From Camelus dromedarius (taxonomy: Eukaryota): a stretch of DNA of 64,000 nt. The DNA is taken from the NCBI RefSeq assembly GCF_036321535.1, contig NC_087437.1:38442001-38506000 (forward strand), written 5' to 3'. The translations under genes and the position numbers were made by a program. The stretch's first letter is position 1. Each line of letters starts with the position of its first letter. The notes below the pieces were generated by a model. The model was given only the letters and a program-made list of their open reading frames with translations, did no database searches and was not told the origin of the DNA. Shown in pieces: positions 27,955-42,772 of the stretch.

Positions 27955-28699
27955 GAGACTGATCTGTATATAAACAAAAATGCAAATCAAACTTCTGAGA
28001 GCCAAGACAAACATAAGCCTAAAAGGAAAACTATAGATGAGAGGGACTTGATTTGCTCTGTGAAGAACAAGTGGAAGTAGAGATCATGAATATCAACCTA
28101 GAGAAGTTGGTATATGAAGTAACTATCCAAAACGAGTAGTAACCTGGCAGGACAAGAAGGGAGCCAAGAAGTTCTAAGAATGTAAACTTTATAAGTAGTG
28201 CTGCTAAGTTTAAATACAATAACATATTTAAATATAAAGTGTCAGACATGGAGTAGTAGAAAATTAAGCTAGAGACAAGAATCATATCATGGAGGCTGTT
28301 ATATCTCTATGAAACTTGAGCTTAACTTAAAAATCAGAGATCCATTAAATAGTCATTCTCAAGCAAATTATCAATGCAAGATTATGTTCTAATATAATGA
28401 GAGAGGGTGGGGTAAGGAAGAAAAAGTGTTTTGAAAAATATCCTGATATACCTCTTACTCCACACAACTGAAAACCACTCATTAAGTGACTTATGGTAGC
28501 CATGTACAATGCTTAGTTTTATATAGTTGATATTTATTCTGGCAGTAATGTAAAGATATGTTAGAATAATTCAATATGGTAGATAAATGATGAGGGCTAA
28601 ACTGAATGCAATGGCAATAATCATGCAGTGAAGAGGGTACATTTAAGAAATGTTTCAAGGAGCCCAGAGAAATTGAGAATCTGACTGAAAGCAAGCTAG

Positions 28700-28970
28700 T
28701 AATTGGGGACCTCAACACTATAACCTCAAGGAACTATGTTCTTCCAACAACCCACACAATCTTGGGAGCAAATTCTTTCCCAGATCCAGTAGATAAAAGT
28801 CCAGCCCAGGCAATACTTTGATCATGGCTTTGTGGGAACCTAAGCAGGGCATCCAGCATAGCCAGCCAAGCTACAGAACTCTGTGTCCTACAGAACTGTG
28901 AGATAATAAATAGGTATTTCTAAGGCACTAAATTTGAGTTGATTTATTATGCATTAATAGAAAATGAAGA
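28700..28970 (+). mobile_element. MaLR LTR 3' half (MLT1D/E-like)
   Basis: caaggaactatgttcttccaacaacc...cctacagaactgtgagataataaat...cactaaatttg...aatagaaaa. Confidence 0.8.
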
Positions 28971-30214
28971 GAGTCCCTATAGGATTTCCAGATAGGAGAC
29001 AACAGAGCTGGCATTAGGCATTTAATATTGTGTCTGAAGTAAATCAGCTGTAGATGGGTAAAATATTAAGACCTCATTAGAATGTAGTTCACATAGGTTG
29101 AACCATATTAAATCATTAATATTCAACTGTCTTTGACTTATAAAAATAGAAATCTCACACAATTCAGTCTCATACAAAAAGTTAAAATCCCAAGAGGGAA
29201 CTAAGTTCTTCAACTAGAGCTAGATGTACAACAGCAACAGCCAACATTCTGAACTCTATTTTTTGTGACAAGTGCAGTATCAATGGAAATTTGCAATCAA
29301 GTAAATACCCTGAATGAATTGAGAACATTGTGTTCCCCTTTATTATGAGTCAGTTTACTTGTTCAAACCTTTAGTTTTCTAAAGATACTGGATAGTAGTC
29401 TATATAGAAGATATGAGAAGGTTTGACCCTGGTAGTGTGAGAGGTTGAAGAAAGAGTGCAGTGTTTTGAATTAAGAATTAGGCAGATGCAGTGATTTTCA
29501 AAATGATTTCCAAGCAAGATTATACTTCGGTATAAAATTAGAAAGAGTTATAGAAGGAGCTCAAGTCAAGGAGTATGTGCACACAGTCAATAAATTGGAA
29601 TTGTCAAAAATTCATTGAGTTACAAAATTGAGAGGAAAAATTCTGAGTTATCAAATCAGAATCGACCCATGACCCTCCATCAGGAAACAATATTGTCAAG
29701 TACATAGTTGAAACAAATAAATGAAACGACTTGGCCTTTTTAAAGGTCAAAAAATAACAAGCAGCTCTAGACTAATTGATATTGGTGTGTTCATTGCAAA
29801 TGATAGGAGATGGGGGAAGGAATCAATGATGAGCAGTCTGGGAGAAACTTTCAAAACAGATATGTCAAAAGACATGGCAGGACTTAGACAGCACTGAAAG
29901 AACTATAAAGGAGGAATAAGAATAGGGAAACTTTGGCTATTTGCTTAGTACCTGGTGTTATCCGATTTCATACAAAAGCATAAGGTGGGTGAAAGAAACA
30001 GAATTTTTATCTATTAAAAAATGGGGGAAAGGTTTTACTTGTTTTTTTGTTAATTTAATGTGCATCAGCTATCTCTGAGTAAGACTGGAGTCAAATCACA
30101 GTACCAAACCCCTGTGAGAGCCAGTGAAGAACATAATCAAGAAGGGGTAGATGAAAAGTTCAGCAACTCACTGAAATATATACATAATATAAAATATATA
30201 CATATATTTTAATC

Positions 30215-30405
30215 CATGGTTTTAGAATCGATTTACCTAGGGCAGGATCCCAGTCCCTTCTAAGCTGTGTGAAATTTGGTAGCTATAAAAAATTTCAATG
30301 CTCTAATTTTGCCTATAATACACGATTCTCAGTTTTGTGATATAGTTAAATGATATACAAAGTAGTTGATTTTGATGATAACAAGTAAGTACTAAGTAAG
30401 CATTC
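30215..30405 (+). mobile_element. MIR SINE
   Basis: 'ggttttagaatc...gatcccagtcccttctaagctgtgtgaaatttgg...gttttgtga'. Confidence 0.55.
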
Positions 30406-33400
30406 CTTTATTTTTACATTTTTAGAATGACACAAAGATTAAAAAAAAAAGTTTCTATTGAACACTATGGAATAGTCTGTGGCTGTACTTCACTGATCAT
30501 GAATATTGATATATACTGAGTGTACTGAATATAACTTTATAGCCAGGAGCTGGGTGTTAACAATTTAAGGACTTAACGAAACTCCAGATCTTGTGCTCTT
30601 CTATTTCACATTTCTTATGTTAACAAGGAAACTAGGTGGACAGATACAATAAATAAGTAAATCTTACATAGATGAAGAAAATGAGAGGAAGAAATGCCTA
30701 GTTTTAAAAGAGAACTGTACACACATACACACAAAAATAAAGCCCACTATTATTTAGGTATTTACTTCTTTGACTGAAATTATTTTCACTCTATTAATTG
30801 GAAAATTAATTGATAGTTTTCAATGACAATATCTTAATGAAATTTAAATTAACACAAGCAGAACCAGTTATTGAACTGTCAGTTTAAAGGAATAGTGTAT
30901 AATGTCTATTTAGAGATGCCAGATGAAGAGTATTTTTGAAGTTAAGGGAAATCATTTTCATCAAGCTATTATCAGCTGTAAGTCTTAGAGATTTTATGAG
31001 AAAAATATTGTTCTATAAAATAATACAATGAAGTATAATTTAACTTGTCATATGAGTGAAAATATGGGTAATTTTTGCATTGACCATTAAAAATGCAAAA
31101 CTTGAGAGATTTTAAATATAACATTTAAGAAAATTCTGAAATTCATGTTCCAATTTTTTCTGATCATTTTTAGGAGTAGATAATAACACAAACCAAGCAA
31201 ATAATGCTCTGGTTTCGAAGTCTAGATCTGCAAATGAAACTTCTAGAATGACCAGCGATCTTCAAATTTTAGAGGTTCGCTATTTTTGACTGGGATCATT
31301 TATCAATGACCTGAAGGAAGCTAGAAAACCTTAAAAATATGTATATATGTATAAAAATCATTACTGATTCTGAATTATCATTTTCTTTACCATTATTATT
31401 AAAGCATAATAGAAAATAAGTGAATACATGGTTTTCAAAGTTTGGTGTGCACCAAAATTAATAATAATAACAGCTATTAGTATAGCTAACATGTCGAAAG
31501 CTTAGTAGAGGACAAGATATTTATCTGAATTAGCTACATAATCTGTATAATAACCTTACTAGATTACTATTATCTTCATTTTTATAGAAAAGAGGCTGTG
31601 ATTCTTTCACTTAGTACAAATGTCCAGTCATTTGTATTTTCTGTAAGATTCCCGGATGGCACTGATGCAAATCAAATTTTCAGAAGTTGCTTAAATCATA
31701 TTTTGTACCAAAATTAAAAATAGACTGCCACTAAAGCTTTTCTTCCAGGCCTCTATGTGAATTCTATCTGCATACAAGAAACATCTCTGATTATGTTATA
31801 TATTTATAAGTTCATTCAGTCAACTCATGATATAAAACTCACCAATTTACTGGATATTTCAAGGTTCTGAATATATAAAACAGGCTTTCCAGAAATAAGC
31901 TGAATTATTTTTAGAGAGCAAAATACTCTCATCAGGAAATTCCAGGGGACTTCTTGCCTCCAACAGATTGACTTTTTCTAGTAATCAGAGCACAGTTTTA
32001 TACATGGTACATAGTTTGATCTGAAATATGACACATTATGCACCTTTTCTTTACAATTAGCTTGTGAAAAGTTAAACTTTCACTCTGCAATTAAATCAAG
32101 TCAGTATACCAACAAAGCACAGAAAAGTCCACCCACACAAAATACTAAGTAGTCAATTAAAGTTTAATCAACAAAAGAGTAGATAAGTGTCATATATTAA
32201 AATAGCCAACCAAAATTCTGTCCCACTGGATTCAGTTACTTCAAAAAGTTGTCAGTCTTATCCCATAGCCTAAAGTTTAGCAGGTGCTACTGCCTTGAAT
32301 GCTCAGTTCTTAAGAACATGCACTATTTAAATACATTAATATGCAGTATTTTCTTCTGCCTTATGACTTACATTCTTACTTAGACGTGGTCTTGAGATCT
32401 TGACCTAGCCATTAAAATAAAAAAAATAAAAAAACACATTTTCAGTTTAGTTTTCAAATCCAGTCTTCTTCTCTTTCTTTCCTCCCTATCTCTCACCTTG
32501 TGGGAAACCCTCAGCTTAAAGATGAAAGGATCTGTGGTCATTACAAAACTAGTGAGCTGCAGTGGGAATTAACACTCTTAACATTTAGATCTCCTGACAC
32601 AACCTGTTTGATTTACCCTATTCCTTGTGCCTTTCTTGTTTGTTTGATTTCCCTTTCTCTAAGGTTGAGAACAATAAAGTATGCCCAATCTATTGCTTGG
32701 ACAACTGTAGTTGTCTTCAAATGATTATTTCTGGTTTGCTTCTTGATATGCACAAAATGGATTGGAGGGGGCACCCTAAACTTCAACCTTCAGAGAGAAC
32801 AGGTAGGTAATCTAGGTTAGATCATGTAACTGTTCCTGATTTTAGACTGTAGTTACCAGGTAATATCTATTTGGTGTGAGATAGTGAGTTAACATTTAGT
32901 CACGTTTCACTTTGTGTAGTACATTGCTTTAATGATTTATATGTTTTGGTCCATTTAAATACTACATAAATCTGTAAAATTGTTGCTATTTTAAATTCTC
33001 TTAAACAAAAATTGTAATACAAACTAAAATATTAAATGTCTACTCTCCCTTTATGAAGAAAATATCCCTTTCAAGGATCTATTCTTATGAAAAGATTCTG
33101 AATTTGAGGTTGATCTGTACTAAGACCATGTCAATAAGACTAAATAATTACATCACAGGACGCTTCTGCTGAAGGCCAATTCAGCCATCTGTGTGGAGGA
33201 TTTTATTAAATTACGTAGAAAACGGTCATTATTTAAGCCTCAAATATCTAGATGATATGAATTTGAATAGACTCAGATTCAACCACTGCTTTAGGTAAAG
33301 GACTGACATGAGACCATTTTTGAAATCATATTCTTGCCCAATGTCTTACAGCTAACATTGAATGGTTGAAAATACATTTTGTTTATCAGGTTGTTTTGAT

Positions 33401-33440
33401 TTTTTTAAATTAGAGAATTCCAGCTTTTAAAAAAGCAATT

Positions 33441-33483
33441 TATGTCAAAAATATGTCAAATATGTCAAAAATATGTCAAAAAT
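33441..33483. repeat. Short tandem repeat (TATGTCAAAAA) x ~4
   Basis: tatgtcaaaaa tatgtcaaa tatgtcaaaaa tatgtcaaaaa is directly visible. Confidence 0.9.
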
Positions 33484-34659
33484 AACCAGTAGGTAAGTAG
33501 AGAAAAAAAATCTAATACAATTAGTAATAATTCCAAGGAGCTTCAAACAAGGAGTGTGAAGTTTCCAATGCCTCTTCTGAAACGTTCATGATTAGGAGCA
33601 GGTAGTAATATGTAATTCTATAATTTTCCCTGTTTTCTCTTTGGAGCATGGAACTGAGGGTAAATGAGCCACCAACAACTACTCTTCATCATATTGCAGC
33701 CTCTGTGCTTTGCTAAAGATTGTCATTTTCACATGTGAGACTTTTGATACAGATTGTTAGCAGCTGATATGCCATTTATGATTTTATTTTTTTATGAACA
33801 CCAAAGATGATGAATTTCCAGTATAATTTATATATTTCCCTATTATTTGAACAGCAAGATGAGGAGGTCAAATCCCCCAGAACCAATAGAAAGGTGGGGG
33901 GGAGTCTTAGTTGACTCCTTTACCTGAGAGATCAAAAAATTTATCATAATGAAACTGAATTCAGGGTTTTCATTTTAAGCACATTATGCCTATTGCAACA
34001 AAGTAAGCCAAGTAAAGAAGACTATGATTCACTTAGAAGACAGTAGGAAAAAAATGAGAAATTTTCAAACATCCTGAATTTCAAGAACTGGCTCTTGTTA
34101 TAGTTATTACTTCTAAAATTACTTTTGTTTGATTTAGGCACATGTTTAATGAGGCAAAACAAGATTTTCATTGATCTGTATTTACTATCAGTGACCAGTT
34201 AAAAAGTTTTAAGATACAGTATGTGCATTTTCTATTCTAAAAGAATTTTGTCGTTATTTTTAAAGTGATCCCAAAGTTTCTTTTCTTTCTGCTATCAGAT
34301 ATCTAACTATTTAAACAGAACGGTATACCTCGATGTTTTATAATCAGATGATGATTTTTCTAAATTACCTGTGTATTAGTTTCCAAAGTTTTATTTGACT
34401 ATAGTCATTTCAGCATTAATCCACAAATTGTTTTCCTATTCGTTTTTATGTACACCTAACCTGATACTTGTAATCTTGTGTTAATAATTTAACCAGAATG
34501 TTTGACCTTTTAAAACATTTGGCATTAGCTGGATAACATAGTTAGTATTCAATGTTGAAGAAAATAACTAATAATTTATATATACTTTTTTGTCTGTTTA
34601 ATTTTGACTCATTTCCCAGCCATGATTAACTTAGTGTGAACAAAATAACAAAATTAACC

Positions 34660-34862
34660 CACTCATGACCTTGAGTAAAGAATCAGGGAGGCAGCAGAAA
34701 GGGAGATAAGCCTTGAATGATTCATCAGAAAGCTTTGCCTTCTTGTGAATGAGCCACTCATGAATGATCCTAAGACTGTGTCTCAAGTTTCCAGACCCTC
34801 AGCTTCACCGTTGATATAGTCAAAGTGCTGGAATAATGACCTGGATTCCTTCCAGCTCTATT
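34660..34862 (+). mobile_element. MIR/MIR3 fragments
   Basis: 'catgaccttgagtaa', 'cctcagcttcacc' and 'ccttccagctcta'. Confidence 0.45.
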
Positions 34863-35508
34863 ATTTTCTCTTACAGACAAATTAACCTTATGCTAAAAAA
34901 AGTGCAGCCGAAATCTGTTACACTTTTTATTATATTGGGTTTCTGTTGGCATTTTTCAGAAAGAATTATGTAGCTGACACAATGCCAAATTGCCACTTTT
35001 TAGATGATTCTTTGAAAAGTAATATAAGCAGAAATCCCACATTAATTTTTAAGTGTTGTTATTTTCCAATTCTTCTGTCCTTTTCATAGTTAGCCATCAA
35101 AACAGAACATTTAAAAAAGGGGGTGAAAGAGAGAGAGATTGTTATGAACCAGTAAAAATAATTGTCATTGACATGTTCTTTTGGCACTATTAGAGCTACT
35201 TAGGTGGACAAGCAACAATTTAAAATGTATAGATGTAGGGTTTTCATAGATTCTCTTCTAGTTTTCATTTACAGAGAAAAGCTTCTATATAATTTAACGC
35301 TAAATTTGGGTCTCTTCCCTCTCCTCCCTTCCCACCTGTCTCTGTCTTTGTCTCTCTCTTTCTCACACACACACACAAAAATGTGTGCTCACAAGACCAC
35401 ATGGTCAATTTGAAGCATGTTTCAGTAGCTATTTATGCAAAATGTGAGCAAATAAATACAGAATAATATTTTCTTTTCTGTACTATTTAAAGTATTAAGA
35501 TATTAGAA

Positions 35509-35690
35509 GCACAGGGAACTATATTCAGTATCTTGTAGTAACTTATGGTGAAAAAGAATACGAAAACAAATATATGTATGTTCATGTATGACTAAAGCAT
35601 TATGCTGTACACCAGAAATTGACACAACATTGTAAACTGACTATGCTTCAATAAACATATATATACATATATATGTATACACACATAAAA
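35509..35690 (+). mobile_element. Short lineage-specific L1 3' end with TA-rich tail
   Basis: gcacagggaactatattc...tgctgtacaccagaaattgacacaacattgtaaactgactatgcttcaataaa; TSD core atattagaagca at 35500-35511 and 35691-35702. Confidence 0.92.
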
Positions 35691-38254
35691 ATATTAGAAG
35701 CATGCAAGAAAGTATGGTATCTCCACATGGTGAATCTGTGACCATATACAAACTTCATATAAAATAGTCTTGTTTTAAGAACCTGTTGTTGCAAGTTGGG
35801 ACTTGAGGAAAACTGTATTGCTAGGCATTACCATGAAGCATGTGTAATTTAAAAGTTTAATTATTTGTACATTTAGCTTCTTAAAGTGAAGGAGACACAG
35901 GAAAAATGCATTCTTGAATGATGCAATATCAGATATAACATGGAAATAAATAACTTCTCTGCAATTCTTAAAGAAAAATCAAAATGATGAAATTATTCTC
36001 TTAGGTAGTAAGCTTTATTAACCTCTAACAGTTCCCTGAATTTGGAACTTTTGATCCCCTTATTTCATGAACTGGAAGAATGTCATGGAGGTTTTTTGCC
36101 TTTGCCTCTGCTTTTTGCACAGACAAAAGAAAGCCAACACAGCAAAGGAAGCTTAAACTGGACAATTTCCCAGGGAACTACTTTAACTAGTCTTTCTTCA
36201 GGTTCAGTTCTCAATTCATATTGTATGAAGTATTCAATTTCAAGACTACGCTACAGAAAGATATATGAAATGTCTGAAAAGAAAGAATGAAATAAAATTT
36301 TATTACACTAGAGTGAAATAAAATGTAATAAACTAAATACGACCACTTGTTTCACTGTCTTTATTTCATATATTGTAAAATATAATTTGCTCTTATTTTA
36401 TTCTGCTCCTTTGACTGTTACAGTAACTTTTTTAACATTAGAATCTCTCTTTTTTATTTATCACATATTTGATGCAAAATATTTAAAATAATGCAATTTC
36501 AAGAATTAGGTGAATACACATATTCAGAAACACAAGCATTTCTGACAGAGTCAGTGGAACAGTATTATAGATTGGTTGACAGAAAATTATTTTTTTTGTT
36601 CAATATTAAGATGTAGGCTTTGAAAATAATTTCCATCATCTTGCAAAGGGAGGATGTGGATATAACTGGTAGTGCGAATAGAACAGGTAGGAAAGTACAT
36701 CTGTTCCACAGAGAAGCTAATACAAGTGTAAGTTCTTAGGGGCAGCAATGTTTTTTAAATGTGTTAAAATACGTATGTTGATAAACTTCAGAGACATCAT
36801 GACCTATGTCTCTTACCTTGAGATAAACGTGTTCTGGAAAGAGAAAATGCTGGGGTATCTCCCTAAAACAGAGAAGAATTTTGTGCATTTTGCATATCCT
36901 TTTGCTTAAACGGGGAGTAAATACATACACTTATATATATACACACACACACACACCATCATCACTATGAGCAATCTGAACACAAACAACTTTGGATTGT
37001 CAATAACTAAAAATAAAAGGTTCTGTTTTTTCAGAATCTATAGAAATATATATATCTATATATATCACTTTTAATTGCCCTGATTACACTTTTCAAAGAG
37101 AAATTCATTATATACCTTGAACTCTAATGTCATAACCATTTTTAAAACATAATCACTAACCAAAGCATTTCAAAAATTGCTGCTAAAATTCCTATTTTGT
37201 TAATTTAGGCTTATGTAGATAATAATGTTACAAGTTAACCATAGTTTCCAGGGGGAAAATTGATGACTCACTGAAGTGCCACGGTATACTACACATAAGT
37301 GCTTAATTACTTTACAGAAACAGGTACACTTTATTTAAGCTCATTTTTTTTCAGCATCTGGAAAGCTGATTCTCTTGTTATTTACTTTCCTATGTCAAAT
37401 GGGCATTTTGCACTATAACTATTCTAGTGTTATGTATGCTATATAACTAGTATTAAAGAAATTAAGATTTCCCATTTCCATGCCATGTGATTACTTATGA
37501 TCTCATTAGAGAGGTGGCTAACTATGTTGTATTATTTGGATGTTAACTAAAGGACCACCTGCTAAAACCTGTTGTAGATAGAAACCAAGCATATTTCCTA
37601 AAATTCCAAACGGTCAACTCTCTTTAATCATTGGAAAGCACTCAAAGATGAAACCGTGTTACTTGAAACATTAACTTTCAATGAATTATGAGCCTCCTAA
37701 GAATTTTATATTGGAAAACACACCCTATCTTTCAGGATCAGGCAAAGTGGAACAATCCGAGTGCTTACGAACTGGTAATACTAAGATGCCACTGAACCTC
37801 TATAGATTCCTCACCTTGGCTACTATTGCCCTGAACTGGAAATAACAATGTGTGTCTCAAAGAAGCATTATTTAGATTAAGAGAAAAAAATGTAAGTGAA
37901 AGTGCCCAATTCACTATCTTGGCATACAGTGGACACTCAATTTTTAGTTAAACACTTTTATGGAAGATAAGTTTGATTGTGAAGGAAAAGGTCTCAATTT
38001 TTTTTGAAGCAAAGGAAGAGTTGAAGGGATACTTCTGGGCAAAAATAATGAAGTTTCAGAGAATGGCATTGAAAAGGGAACATTTTAACTAATATGTTAA
38101 AGAGGTACTCCCCTAAAGTGGGGTAGAGAAGGGCAAAGGCAGATTTTTGTCTACCACTGAATGCTGCGATGACACGTGTCTCTATGTACATATTCCCCTG
38201 CTGTTGGACATACACAACACAGCAAGAACTTCTGGACATTCTTATTACGTTTTA

Positions 38255-40320
38255 AATTACCTCTATTGAAGTATAATTTATATAAAATAAAATTCACCAA
38301 GTTTAACAATTAGATGAGTTCTGAAAAATGTACACTTTATGTAAATGCACCAGAATCATAAGACTGAACATTTCTATCACCTAAAAACCTCCTTCGTATT
38401 CCTCTGCAATCAGGCCTCTACCCTATCTCCCAACCTGGGGCCCGTCAGCAATCACTGTCAATAGAGTTTTTACTCTTCTAGAATATTCATTTATATGGAA
38501 TCATACAGTATGCAGGGTCTTATGCTTGGCTTTTGTCACTTAGTATAATGCTTTTTTTGTCCATACTTGTTCCATTCATCAATAGTTTGTTCTTGTTAAT
38601 TGCTGAGTAGAAGTCTACTTATGGATACAACTGGCTTAACTATCTGGGATATTTTCAAGAGTTTTTCTCTATTATGAATAAAGTTGCTATGAACATTTAA
38701 GGACAATTATTTGTGTGGACATTGTTTTTATTTCTTTTAGGTAAATATATAGAAGCATGACTGCTAGGTCAAATATTAATTTCATGCCAAATTAATTTGT
38801 CAAAATTCTTTCCAAAGTACCGGCAGCATTAAAAAAAAAATTGAAGTATAGCTGATTTACAATGTTGTGTTAATGCAGCAATTTTATACCATTCTGCATG
38901 AAAGAGAGTTCTGTTAGCACCACATCCTCTGCAACACTTATTTTTGATTATCTCTAATTACAGCCAATCTAATGGATATGCAGGGGTATCTATTCCCAAC
39001 TCCCTAATGGTTGATGATAAAAAAAAATGTTTGCAATTGCTAATTTCTCATTTCTTTTTTTTCTTGAATGAAATGTCTATCAAAATATTTGTTCAATTTT
39101 TTGAGGACTATTTTCTTCAAATATTTAGTTGTAGGGAATTATTTGTATATTCTGGACACCAGTCTTCAGAATTTGCCCTGCAAAATTTTCTGCCAGTTTT
39201 TGGTTTGTCATCTAATTTTCTTCAAAGTGTACTCTGAAAGCAAAGGTTTTAAATGTTTCAGAAGTCCAATTTATTTCTTCTTTTATTGTTTTTTTCTGTT
39301 TAATTTTAGAAATCTTTGTTAAAATAAAGGTCAGAAATTTTTCTCTTATGTTGTCTAGTTTTCTAGCTTTAGCTTTTAATTTAGGACTATGAGTCATTTT
39401 TACTTATTGTTGTGTATGTGGGAGATTAAGGCATAGGTTTCTTTCTTACTTTATATATAAACATCCATTTTTTTATCACTATATGCTTAAATACCAAATT
39501 TTCCCTGTTGAATCACCTTGTCAACTTTGTCAAAAATCAATTTACTATATGTATGTGGATCTATTTTGTTTCATTGAGCTAGATGTTTATCTTTATCACA
39601 AACATAACACTCTCTTCATTATTACAGCTTAATAATGAATATACTTCATCCATCTTATTCTTATTCTTTTGAAAACTGCTTTGCTTATTCTCAGTTACTT
39701 GCATTTCAATATACACTCTAGAATAAATCAACTTCTATGAAATGTTTTGCTAGAATCATAGTTGGAATTGTCTTGATTTTATAGGTTGACATACGATTTA
39801 TGATAACAATATGGTATCTTCCAGTCCATGAACAGGCTCATCTCTCCATTTATTATGATCATTAATTTTTGTCAGCAATATCTTACAGTGTTCAGGTAAA
39901 CGACTTTAACGTGTTTTGTTAAATTTGTCTTTAAATGTTTCATATTTTGGTTTTATTTACATGGCTCTTTCAATTTCAATGTCCGTCTGTTTGTTCTTAG
40001 TGTAATGTGCGCGCGCGCAAGCGTGTGTGTGTGTGTGTGTATGTTTGTGTGTCTATGCCTTAAATATTGCCCTGTTAAACTCAACTATTACTTCTAGAAA
40101 ATTTCTGTAGATTCCTTAAGATTTTCAACTTTAAATTTTCCTTGCCTTGTTACACTGGCAAGAACAGCTGATTGGATCTTCATATCAATTTTATTGATAT
40201 TTTCAAAAGATTTTGGCTTCCTTGTCAATTATTTTCTGTTTTCTATGTTACTGACTTCTATTTTTACCTGTATTATTTATTTCTTTTTGTCTACTTCGGA
40301 TTTAACATTTTTCTTGTTTA
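38255..40320 (-). mobile_element. Old L1 (L1MB/MC-like) 3' UTR and ORF2 fragments
   Basis: attgaagtataattta...gaacatttctatcacc...tggaatcatacagtatg...aataaagttgctatgaacatt...ctttgtcaaaaatcaa; antisense L1. Confidence 0.85.
40006..40052. repeat. (GC)n(GT)n microsatellite
   Basis: tgtgcgcgcgcgcaagcgtgtgtgtg... is directly visible. Confidence 0.9.
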
Positions 40321-40424
40321 GAAAATTCTTTCCAGTCATATTTCATGAAGGAGTAAAAATGGAATCTGGAAATTCTGTGTCTAAGGTAAGGCTCCACTGT
40401 AAAGATATGTTCTGTAAAGAATGC

Positions 40425-40751
40425 TTTTAATTGAAGCATAGTCAATTTACAATGTTATGTTAATTTCCAGTGTACAGCATAGTGATTTAGTTACACATAT
40501 ATGTATATATTCCTTTTTACATTCATTTTCATTATGGGCTATTAAGAGGTATTGAATATAGTTTCCTGTGCTGGTAGGACTTTAACAAAACATGTTAAAG
40601 TCGTTTACCTGTACTATCCATTTTATATATAGTGTTAGTATCTACAAATCCTGAACTCCCAATTTAACCCTCCATAAACCCCTTCCCCTCCCTAGTAACC
40701 ATAAATTTGTTTGCTATGTTTGTGAGTCTGTCTCTGTTTTGTGAATAAGTT
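40425..40751 (-). mobile_element. Younger L1 3' UTR fragment
   Basis: ttttaattgaagcatagtcaatttacaatgtt...gtaaccataaatttgtttgctatgtttgtgagtctg; same family as the tails at 23.3, 35.6 and 56.5 kb. Confidence 0.88.
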
Positions 40752-42479
40752 AAATCAAGCTTCTACCATGTAACAATCGATCATATGTTTGTCTCTCCAC
40801 CCTCTGTTCCCACCCAATCCAGGCCCATAAACTGTCTTACTCCCTAAAAATGAGACATAAATTTAGGCTTGATGGCTGAAAACTATTAATTCTCTAGCAT
40901 CATATTCTGTAGATGTACTCCTTAAAGAGAAACCTACACTTGCTCCATTTTTTCAATCATTAACCAAGAGATTATCTATTAAATTGCTTCAATTAGTTTA
41001 CAGTTTTCTAGATGCTAAGTTAAAAAGAAAGTGGTGAATAACATTCATTCTCTGTTCCCTGAGAGAAATTAAGAAAATGAAATATAAAACAATAAAACAA
41101 ATAAAACTGTTTTAAACATCTTACTGCAGATTATACCAAACATTATATATCTATATCCTTTAATTAAATTTTACGCGTGATCCTTAATATTTAAAATGAT
41201 ACCTAAGTCTAGTTGTAGCAGATATAAGTATACGTAAGTATTAAAAAGCAGAAATATAATTTAATCCTAGTAAACTTATGTGAGCTTTGAAACCTGTGAA
41301 GGTGAAAAACTGTTTCTTCAAAAAAATATATATTTATTAAGAATGAGTAAAGTTGATATATTAAAATAAGTTCTGTGAAATAATGGTGTATGTAGCTTAT
41401 ATGTTTAGTTCTCTGTGTCACATTTAAATTTTGGTCATGATTATTCTATGTCATTGCTATAAGACTTCAGAGGTTATTTAGAAGCATTCTGCTTAAACTC
41501 ATTAACATCTTCTCACTAACTTAGTTGATATGCAAATTAACATAAGTATAATTAAAGGTTGTATTCAATTGTCATTTGCAAACAAACAATCATAGTGTTA
41601 AATTGATATTTTAATTTTACATCCACTTATGCTGGTATTAGGCAGACATAGACTACTTTCAACTGTCCTTTGCTTTTTATTCTAATTAGTGTGGCCCTTC
41701 ACAGGTGTGGCCCATCACCAGTGAGAAATAAGTTGTGCGTGTAGTACTACATCAACACTCCATCCTTTATAGTTAGTGAAGGAATAACTAGTCAATCTCT
41801 TTATGTGACTGTGTCACAACAAGGGATATGGCTTTTTAAACCACTTCTGTTGTTGTTAGGTAGATAGCCTTTAGTTCTGGAAATATCATGTGTATCTGGT
41901 AATTGTATACATGCAGAGACTTCTGAAATCATGGACATGGTTTTCCTTAATCCAACTAGATTGAAGAGCACTCTTTTCATATCATTGGGTATCAATAGGA
42001 CATAGGAGTCTGGCAGGAAACAGCTAAAGAGAAGAAGCAACAGTGTCAGGAGCTGGATAAAATTTTTTTCATGTTATTTGACTTATGTTTATAAAAATTA
42101 TACAACAGTGGGCACTATTACCCTTGTATGGTCAAGGTAACTAAGACATAAATATTAACTTAATATTCTTGAGGTTGTATATTTAATAAGTAAACTAGAA
42201 TTCATTCAAAGTGTCCCTGGCTCCAAAATTGATGCTGAATTCACTATAAGTTCAGCTTCTAGGCAAAATTTTAAGGTAGATGGGGCAAGGCCAACTGAGT
42301 CTTTGAAACAGGTACTCAACAAAAATTTTCAGATTATATGAGCAAAGGGAACTATAAATCAGGAAAACTCATTATCCATCACACCCCTCAAATGCAAAGA
42401 GAAGCTTAGAGGTTTCACAATAAAAAAAATAACTCAATTTGTCACTACTATACACTACACACCTTTCTAATTTAATAGA

Positions 42480-42670
42480 TCAATTCATCTAATAATTAAA
42501 ATATTATTATAAAGTAAATAGTTTTATTATTATCTCCATTTATTGATGATAAAACTGAAGTATAGAGAGAAATTGAATTGCTCAGTGTCACTTGGATATA
42601 AATGAGTGATAAAATTTGAACAGTAAATTTCGTTTTAGAGTAAGTTCTTTTAACCACCATATTATGTTAC
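42480..42670 (-). mobile_element. MIR SINE
   Basis: 'attattatctccatttattgatgataaaactgaagtatagagag...tctttaaccac'. Confidence 0.65.
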
Positions 42671-42772
42671 CTCTTCTTACAGATACATAGAGGAGATTAA
42701 AAAGATATATTATTTGTAAGAGAACAAATAAATAAATCAATTTGGGACACTTAGAAATAAGGAGTAAGAATG

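Noticed and set aside
33441..33483. CRISPR-like or functional repeat array
   Set aside because: Head-to-tail 9-11-mers with no spacers in mammalian DNA; a simple slippage repeat.
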